Shown here piece after piece: positions 40,568 through 48,112 of a stretch of DNA of 48,112 bases. Under the pieces are notes generated by a model that worked only from the letters and a program-made list of their open reading frames with translations, did not search any database and had not been told where the DNA came from. The translations under genes and the position numbers were made by a program. The stretch is taken from contig CALDQK010000927.1 of assembly GCA_937911525.1 (NCBI GenBank), positions 1 to 48,112 of the forward strand. Direction: 5' to 3'. Position 1 is the stretch's first letter; each line of letters opens with the position of its first letter. The stretch is from an uncultured bacterium (GTDB lineage: Bacteria; Planctomycetota; J058).

Positions 40568-40582
40568 GGCACTCCAATTGCA
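40568..40582 (+). promoter_or_regulatory. sigma54 (-24/-12) promoter for the two-component operon
   Basis: GGCAC-tccaa-TTGCA is a consensus match with GG-N10-GC spacing. The -12 box ends 16 nt upstream of the sensor kinase ATG (40599). Confidence 0.7.
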
Positions 40583-40598
40583 ATTACCGTCGAGAGCG

Positions 40599-42137
40599 AT
40601 GACTGAGGACACGACGAACGGGGCGAGAGGTTGGCGGCTGGGTCTGCGCCACCGAATCCTCGTGCTCGTCTTCCTGGTCCCAGCCTCGGTCCTGGTGGTC
40701 GGCCTCCCGCTCCTGTTCGTCTCCCAGCACCGCAGGGCAGAGGCGGAGTTCAAGGACCGGCTTCGGTCTGAGGCAGACGTGCTGGCGCTGGCATTGGCGG
40801 ATCCTTGCGAGCGGGAGTGCCTCCATGAAGTGGAGCCTCCTGTTCAGCAGCTGCTGCAGAACGAGCCTGCGCTCATCTCCGTCGAGATCTTCGACCCCAA
40901 GAGCGGGACTCTGCTGGGCGCGTGGGGAGCGACGGGGCCAAAGCCAAGCGCGGCACAGCTCGGCAGTCCTGCGGGCAAGGTCTGGATCGAGGAGGAAGGA
41001 GAGGCGAACAGTGCGCTCCACGCTTCGGGGCACGTGTTCGCTGCCACCACGCCCCTCGCGACGAAGCGCTGGAAGGGCGAGGAACACCCCGTCCTGCGCC
41101 TGCGCGGCAACTCCCGCGCCTACAACGAGCGCGTGGTCCACATGCTGCTCCTGGCGTTGATACCGGGTGGCGTAGCAGGGGTCGGCGGGCTGCTCTTGGC
41201 GTTCTGGCTCAACCGGCGGCTGCGGAGCGCCGTGGCTTCGCTGCAGGATGCGACAGCGCGCATTGCGCGAGGAGAACTCACCGAGCGTGTGAACGTCCGC
41301 ACGGGAGACGAACTCGAGGACCTCGGTGAGGCCGTCAATCGGATGGCAACGGAGTTGGCGGAGCAGCGCGCCCGCTTAGACCGGAACGCGGAGGTCCTGG
41401 AAGAGAAGCTCAGCGCGCGCAGCCTCGAGCTCGAGAAGGCCAGGACCATTGCGGTCAACCAAGAGCGGATCGCGGCGATGGGAGTCCTTGCCGCGGGCGT
41501 CGCTCACGAGATCGGAAACCCACTCACCGCGATCTCTGCTGTCGTTCAGGGCATGCGCCGCCGAGAAGAGGGCGGCGGCAAGGTCGAGGTCCTGGCCGAG
41601 AACCTGGACCGAATTCGGCAGATCGTCCGCAGCTTGGTCGACTACGCCCGGCCCCCAGCCAACGACTGGCGTTCCTTGTCACTGAACGACCTGCTGCGCC
41701 GGACCTTGTCGCTGGTGAGCATGGACCCGCGCGCCAAGGAGGTCGACATGTCGACCGAGCTCGACCCGGAACTCCCCCGCGTCCGCTCCGTCGAGGACAA
41801 GGTCCAGCAGGTGTTCCTCAACCTGCTCCTGAACGCTTTGGACGCGCTGCCCGAGGGCAAGGGGCGGGTTCAGGTGACGAGCCGGAGCGAAGGCGATGAG
41901 GTCTGTGTACTCGTCGACGACAGCGGCCCCGGCGTGCCAGCCGAGCTGAAGGAGCGCATCTTCGAGGCCTTCTTCACGACCCGCGTGGAGCACGGCGGCA
42001 CGGGGCTGGGGCTCGCCGTGAGCGCGTCCCTGGCCGACGAGCTGGGCGGGCGCCTGGAGGTCGGAGACAGCCCGCTTGGCGGGGCACGGTTCACGCTGTG
42101 TCTACCCGTCAGCGCTTCGGAGGAGCGTGCCGTATGA
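40599..42137 (+). CDS. sensor histidine kinase (periplasmic domain-HAMP-HisKA-HATPase)
   Basis: The start was chosen at ATG 40599 (MTEDTTNG...). Two TM helices flank a ~150-aa periplasmic domain containing CERECLHE. Motifs are a HAMP region, an H-box VAHEIGNPL, an N-box LNLLLNALDA and a G-box GTGLGL. Confidence 0.85.
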   Translation: MTEDTTNGARGWRLGLRHRILVLVFLVPASVLVVGLPLLFVSQHRRAEAEFKDRLRSEADVLALALADPCERECLHEVEPPVQQLLQNEPALISVEIFDPKSGTLLGAWGATGPKPSAAQLGSPAGKVWIEEEGEANSALHASGHVFAATTPLATKRWKGEEHPVLRLRGNSRAYNERVVHMLLLALIPGGVAGVGGLLLAFWLNRRLRSAVASLQDATARIARGELTERVNVRTGDELEDLGEAVNRMATELAEQRARLDRNAEVLEEKLSARSLELEKARTIAVNQERIAAMGVLAAGVAHEIGNPLTAISAVVQGMRRREEGGGKVEVLAENLDRIRQIVRSLVDYARPPANDWRSLSLNDLLRRTLSLVSMDPRAKEVDMSTELDPELPRVRSVEDKVQQVFLNLLLNALDALPEGKGRVQVTSRSEGDEVCVLVDDSGPGVPAELKERIFEAFFTTRVEHGGTGLGLAVSASLADELGGRLEVGDSPLGGARFTLCLPVSASEERAV

Positions 42138-43483
42138 ACGTCAAAGGCGCGGTCCTGGTCGTGGACGACGAGCGCGCAATCCGCGAGGAGATCGGCGAAG
42201 CGCTGGAGGAAGCCGGCCATGAAGTCCGGCTGGCGCGAAACGCAGAGCAGGCGCTGGCCCTCCTGCGCGAGGCGCCAGCAGACGTCCTCCTCTCTGACTT
42301 GCGCATGCCGGGTATGGACGGTGTGGCGCTCCTCAAGGAAGTGCGGCGTGAGCGGCCGGAAGTGTCCGTCTTGCTCATGACCGCTTTCGCCTCGGTGGAG
42401 ACAGCGGTCGATGCGCTCAAGGCGGGTGCGTCGGACTACCTGCTCAAGCCGCTGGTGATCGACGAGCTGTTGACCAAGGTCGCGCACCTGCTGACCTTCC
42501 AGCACCTCTCGCGCGAGAACCGACGGCTCAAGGAGGAACTGTTGCGGAGCGGCGGCGAGTGCCACGTGGGCGCGAGCCCTGCCATGACCGAGGTTGCCCG
42601 GACCGTGGCCAGGGTGGCGCCGACCCGCTCCACCGTGCTGATCACGGGCGAGAGCGGCACGGGCAAGGACGTGGTCGCGAAGACCCTCCACCGCCTGAGC
42701 CAGTTGAGCGACAAGCCCTACGTGGTGGTCGATCTGGGCGCGATCCCCGAGGCGCTGTTGGAGTCCCTGTTGTTCGGGAGCGTGAAGGGTGCGTTCACCG
42801 GTGCGGCCGGCCGCAAGGGCCTGTTCCAGTCCGCGGACGGAGGGACGTTGTTCCTGGACGAAATCGGAAACCTGTCCCTGGAGGCGCAGGCGAAGCTGCT
42901 GAGGGCGATCGAGAGCGGCGAGGTGCTGCCCGTGGGTGGAACCCAGCCCGTGCGGGCCAAGTTCCGCCTGCTCGCGGCGACCAATCGTGACCTGGAAAAG
43001 GCCGTGGAGGCTGGGGAGTTTCGCCAGGACCTCTACTACCGCCTGAACGTGGTCCAGCTTCAGCTCCCGCCGCTTCGCGACCGCAGGGAGGACCTGCCGG
43101 GGCTGGCCCAGTGCCTGCTCACGAAGCTCAACGCCAGCTTGCGGACCAACTACTCGGAGGTCGACCCGGAGGCTTTGCTGCAGCTCATGGGCCACGACTG
43201 GCCCGGCAACGTCCGAGAGCTGCAGAACGTCCTGGAGCGGGCCATGGTCCTGGGAGACGGCATGACGATCCGCCCCGAGGACCTCCCCCTGGGCAAGGAG
43301 GAACCCGACGCGGTCGACATGGACCTCCGCCGCGCGGTCCGCCGTTTCGAACGAGGACACATTCAGCGCGCGCTAATCGCGGAAGGGTGGAGCCGCAAAG
43401 ACGCGGCCCGCAGCTTGGGTATCAGTACGACCTCGCTCTGGCGGCGGATGACCGAGTTGGGAATCGAGGAGCCAAGCGCCTAA
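42134..43483 (+). CDS. sigma54-dependent response regulator (NtrC family)
   Basis: The ATG at 42134 overlaps the kinase stop (ATGA). Motifs are REC (LLSDLRMPGMDG), AAA+ Walker A GESGTGKD, the GAFTGA loop and a C-terminal Fis-type HTH (AARSLGISTTSLWRRM). Confidence 0.9.
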   Translation: MNVKGAVLVVDDERAIREEIGEALEEAGHEVRLARNAEQALALLREAPADVLLSDLRMPGMDGVALLKEVRRERPEVSVLLMTAFASVETAVDALKAGASDYLLKPLVIDELLTKVAHLLTFQHLSRENRRLKEELLRSGGECHVGASPAMTEVARTVARVAPTRSTVLITGESGTGKDVVAKTLHRLSQLSDKPYVVVDLGAIPEALLESLLFGSVKGAFTGAAGRKGLFQSADGGTLFLDEIGNLSLEAQAKLLRAIESGEVLPVGGTQPVRAKFRLLAATNRDLEKAVEAGEFRQDLYYRLNVVQLQLPPLRDRREDLPGLAQCLLTKLNASLRTNYSEVDPEALLQLMGHDWPGNVRELQNVLERAMVLGDGMTIRPEDLPLGKEEPDAVDMDLRRAVRRFERGHIQRALIAEGWSRKDAARSLGISTTSLWRRMTELGIEEPSA

Positions 43484-43685
43484 GGCTTCTGGGCCCCGAC
43501 TTGCAAGCACACCTGGTCGAGGTGCGACGTCTGATTGGCACCCCTGCGGGCCTCCGGTACCCTGGCTCACGTCCATGGTCCGGGCCGCGGAGGTCGCCAG
43601 GTGCCGAAACCATGTGGCACGCTGTCTACCTCCGCGGGCAGTCGGCGTCAATCGGTTGGAGAGTGCGCCGTTCCGTCCCGAGGCC

Positions 43686-43991
43686 TCACTCCTTCTGGCA
43701 CAACCGGCACGGCTCGACGATCGCGTCGCACTTGTCGCAGTAGTGGACCGTCTCGTCGAACTCCGTCCCTGCGTCCATTGTCTTGCAACGAGGGCAGAAG
43801 TGTCTCTTGTAGGTGAGGCCTTCGAAGACGAATGTCCGCGTTTCGGTTCTGCACTCCGGACAGACCTGACTCGTGTCCTCAGAGACGAGCTCCCCAGGCG
43901 TTTGGCAGCCGGGTGCTGCCGAGATGAGCAGCCCTATGACGATCGGCAGCAACCAGCTCGTAGATCGTCGTTTCATTCGTCTCCACTTCAT
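43686..43991 (-). CDS. small lipoprotein with four CxxC pairs, paralogue of 33014-33304
   Basis: The start was chosen at ATG 43991 (MKWRRMKRRSTSWLLPIVIGLLISAAPGC); an alternative ATG is at 43976. Motifs are CPEC, CPRC, CDKC and CRLC. It aligns with the other lipoprotein through TPG..V.E..S.VCP.C...TRT.VFE.LT..RH.CP.C...TVHYC.KC..IV..C..C. Confidence 0.65.
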   Translation of the reverse strand: MKWRRMKRRSTSWLLPIVIGLLISAAPGCQTPGELVSEDTSQVCPECRTETRTFVFEGLTYKRHFCPRCKTMDAGTEFDETVHYCDKCDAIVEPCRLCQKE

Positions 43992-44104
43992 ACGAGTGCC
44001 TTGCCTACGATTCGGGTCCGGGCCAGGGTGAGAGGGACGCACGCCTCGGCCCAAACTCCGAAGGGCGGTTCTGAGGCGAAGGCCACGAGTGTAACGGGTA
44101 GGCC

Positions 44105-44118
44105 TTTCACGTCTGAAA
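44105..44118. promoter_or_regulatory. degenerate copy of the TTTCAGATCTGAAA motif (TTTCACGTCTGAAA)
   Basis: It matches 12 of 14 positions. It lies in the divergent intergenic region between the CxxC lipoprotein gene and the triple-repeat protein gene. Confidence 0.35.
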
Positions 44119-44253
44119 GTCCGAAACCTGGGTTCTGCCTTGCTGCGGCGAGCCCTGGAGCGCTGGCCCTCCAACCCGTTCCCTCTCATGCGACACCACT
44201 GCTTGCCGCACTTGGCAGGAGTTCCTACCCTCGAGCGCTCGAGGCCAGACGCA

Positions 44254-44272
44254 TTCAGATTTCACATCTGAA
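44254..44272. promoter_or_regulatory. split inverted repeat TTCAGAT-ttcac-ATCTGAA related to the palindrome family
   Basis: The 7-bp arms are perfect and use the same TTCAGA/TCTGAA half-sites, but with a spacer. It lies about 45 bp upstream of a -24/-12-like element. Confidence 0.4.
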
Positions 44273-44316
44273 AGGCACTTGCTCTCCCCCCAAACGGAGC
44301 AACGGCATCTCTGAAG

Positions 44317-44332
44317 TGGTCCCGAAGCTGCT
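44317..44332 (+). promoter_or_regulatory. possible sigma54 promoter for the triple-repeat periplasmic protein gene
   Basis: TGGTCC-cgaag-CTGCT has GG-N10-GC spacing. The predicted transcription start is about 24 nt upstream of ATG 44367, which has a CAGGAG RBS. Confidence 0.35.
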
Positions 44333-44366
44333 TAGGATCCGCTCCACCCCTAACTCAGGAGAACCC

Positions 44367-45101
44367 ATGCGCATTCAGCCACTTCCCTTCCTCCTCCTTC
44401 TGACCCTGTTCCTTCTGCCTGCCAGTGCCTTGGCTCAAGGCACGAAGGACACGGCGGCAGACCCATACACGCTGACGACCTGCCCGATCTCAGGCAAGAA
44501 GCTGGGCAGCATGGGGGATCCCGTCGTCAAGTCCTACGACGGACGAGAGGTTCGCTTCTGCTGCGGCGGCTGCGTTGGGACCTTCGAGAAAGACAAGGCC
44601 AGTCAATTCAAGAAGATCAATGACAAGCTGATCGCTGACCAGAAGGCCCACTACCCGATCCCTGTGTGCGTCGTTTCCAAGGAGTCTCTCATGGAGAACG
44701 GCGAAGACGCTGGCATCGATGTCGTCGTCGGGAATCGCCTGGTTCGCCTCTGCTGTGAGGGCTGCACGAAGAAGCTGCTCAAGAACCCCAAGAAGTACTT
44801 GGCCCGGCTGGATAAGGCGATCGTGAAGGTCCATCGCAGCAAGTACCCACTCGACACCTGTGTCGTGGGCGGCGGCAAGCTCGGCTCAATGGGCAAGCCC
44901 GTCGAGACCGTGATTGGGAACCGCCTGGTTCGTCTCTGCTGCAAGGGTTGCTTGCCGAAGCTTAAGGCCAACCCGCACAAGTATCTGCCGAAGCTTGACG
45001 CGGCGTGGAAGCACAAGGCGGGCGCGAAGAGCCCCCACAAGGGGCACGAAGGCCAAGGCCACAACAAGGGCGGTCACGACCACAGCAAGCACAAGCACTA
45101 G
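44367..45101 (+). CDS. secreted triple-repeat Cys-rich protein with His-rich tail (putative periplasmic metal binder, TRASH/YHS-like repeats)
   Basis: The start was chosen at ATG 44367 (signal peptide MRIQPLPFLLLLTLFLLPASALA). Three ~65-aa repeats each have (Y)P..(T)C...(G)KLGSMG..V....GR.VR.CC.GC...(L/F).K.P.KY. The C-terminal tail is HKGHEGQGHNKGGHDHSKHKH. Confidence 0.75.
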   Translation: MRIQPLPFLLLLTLFLLPASALAQGTKDTAADPYTLTTCPISGKKLGSMGDPVVKSYDGREVRFCCGGCVGTFEKDKASQFKKINDKLIADQKAHYPIPVCVVSKESLMENGEDAGIDVVVGNRLVRLCCEGCTKKLLKNPKKYLARLDKAIVKVHRSKYPLDTCVVGGGKLGSMGKPVETVIGNRLVRLCCKGCLPKLKANPHKYLPKLDAAWKHKAGAKSPHKGHEGQGHNKGGHDHSKHKH

Positions 45102-45120
45102 TAGGCGGACTAGGGATCCA

Positions 45121-45147
45121 GGCTGCCCGCCATTGCGGCGGGCAGCC
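45121..45147. terminator. bidirectional hairpin terminator between convergent genes
   Basis: The 11-bp perfect stem is GGCTGCCCGCC / attgc / GGCGGGCAGCC. It lies 20 nt after the 45101 stop and 56 nt after the sigma-factor stop on the other strand. Confidence 0.6.
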
Positions 45148-45202
45148 AGTCAGTCCGTCTAGGTCGCGGAGGTGACGAGGCGCCCGCCACGCTGTCTGTC
45201 TC

Positions 45203-45763
45203 TCAAGGACGGTGACCCCGGGGCTTCTTGCACGAGCAGTCCACGCAGCCATGCTCGGCGCACATACGGCAGAAGCCGAGGACCTCCTTGCGAAGGGCCT
45301 TTCGCGCCCGATGCACGCGCACCCCGGCGTTGTTCGCGGTGATCCCAACCTCCTGCGCGTAGTCTGCGAGCGACTTGCCCGCCAAGTCGACCTGCTCGAG
45401 GGCCATGGAGTAGTCGGGCTTCAGAGTGTCGACCAGGGCGCGGACGCACTGGCAGACCTGCTCGACGTGGCTCGGATTGGGCTCCGAGGCCTGCTCCAAC
45501 TGCTGGGCATATTCGGTGAGGCGGCGATCGGCGACCGCGGCGCGGCGGCTGCGGTCGATGATCGCGTTGCGCAGGACTCGATAGAACCAGGCGACGGCCG
45601 CCTCCTCGTCGCGGATCGAGTCGGCGCGCTCCACGGCTTTGGCCAGCGACTCCTGGAGGATGTCCTCAGCCAGGTCGCGGTCTCCCACCCGCCGCTCCAG
45701 GAACCCCAGGAACGCGCGTCGCTCCGCGAGCAGGCGGGCTGGGATACCCCCGTCGTCGGTCAC
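45203..45763 (-). CDS. ECF sigma factor with C-terminal Cys-rich extension (CorE-like)
   Basis: Region 2 (DLAEDILQESLAKA...WFYRVLRNAIID) and region 4 (ALEQVDLAGKSLADYAQEVGITANNAGVRVHRARKALR) are present. A linker CQC and a C-terminal FCRMCAEHGCVDCSCKK follow. There is no adjacent anti-sigma gene. Confidence 0.8.
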   Translation of the reverse strand: MTDDGGIPARLLAERRAFLGFLERRVGDRDLAEDILQESLAKAVERADSIRDEEAAVAWFYRVLRNAIIDRSRRAAVADRRLTEYAQQLEQASEPNPSHVEQVCQCVRALVDTLKPDYSMALEQVDLAGKSLADYAQEVGITANNAGVRVHRARKALRKEVLGFCRMCAEHGCVDCSCKKPRGHRP

Positions 45764-45863
45764 GGGCGACTCAACTCATGGCTAGGCAAGGGCATGGCGA
45801 ATTCCTGGCCCAAGTGTAAAGCCCCCAGAGGCGCTGCGTCTGCCCGGGTGAGAGGAGCAGACC

Positions 45864-48112
<2,249 letters not shown>

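Noticed and set aside
44129-44144. TGGGTT-ctgcc-TTGCT with correct -24/-12 spacing on the plus strand.
   Set aside because: It lies about 220 bp upstream of the nearest plus-strand start and only 11 bp from a palindrome-like site. The -24 box is poor. It is kept only as a remote alternative to the 44317-44332 element.

Overview
This is a very GC-rich bacterial chromosomal segment; third codon positions are almost always G/C, and many genes are joined by ATGA/GTGA start-stop overlaps. The gene content (CorE-type ECF sigma, NtrC-type sigma54 activator, membrane Ser/Thr kinase) suggests a Myxococcota-like host, but that is inference only. All family calls come from motifs read by eye, because no searches could be run.

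The window has two parts.

(1) nt 1-16245, plus strand: a phage-like virion module of about 17 co-directional genes.
- The only confidently recognisable protein is a lambda gpE-type major capsid protein.
- Unusual members are a membrane-anchored protein, an HExxH lipoprotein, one antisense small membrane protein, a mini tape-measure-like protein and a 1179-aa fibre-like protein with proline-rich repeats and a hyper-charged Arg/Glu helix.
- No integrase, lysis gene, repressor, tRNA or att-like repeat is visible in the window.

(2) nt 16414-48112: a copper/silver-type metal homeostasis island.
- One operon runs membrane Ser/Thr kinase, Cys-rich peptide, CusC-like, giant CusB-like, extra-long CusA-like and a metal-binding lipoprotein.
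- Other genes are a K+-channel-like gene, a sensor kinase with a sigma54-dependent response regulator, a secreted triple-repeat Cys/His protein, a CorE-like ECF sigma and a P1B-type copper ATPase. The ATPase runs off the window and is absent from the ORF track.
- Embedded in the island is an ~11.7 kb tightly coupled minus-strand operon. It joins a His-rich DUF2231-like membrane protein, a complete N-ATPase cluster (atpDCQRBEFAG order, Na+-type c subunit), an 8-Cys lipoprotein, a beta-CASP MBL hydrolase, an AMP/thymidine-phosphorylase-like enzyme, a PRPP-synthetase-like enzyme and a CBS protein.

The most striking non-coding signal is a TTTCAGATCTGAAA palindrome family. It occurs in the three promoter-type intergenic regions of the island, each time next to -24/-12 (sigma54) elements. 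This suggests a single sigma54 regulon tying these modules together.
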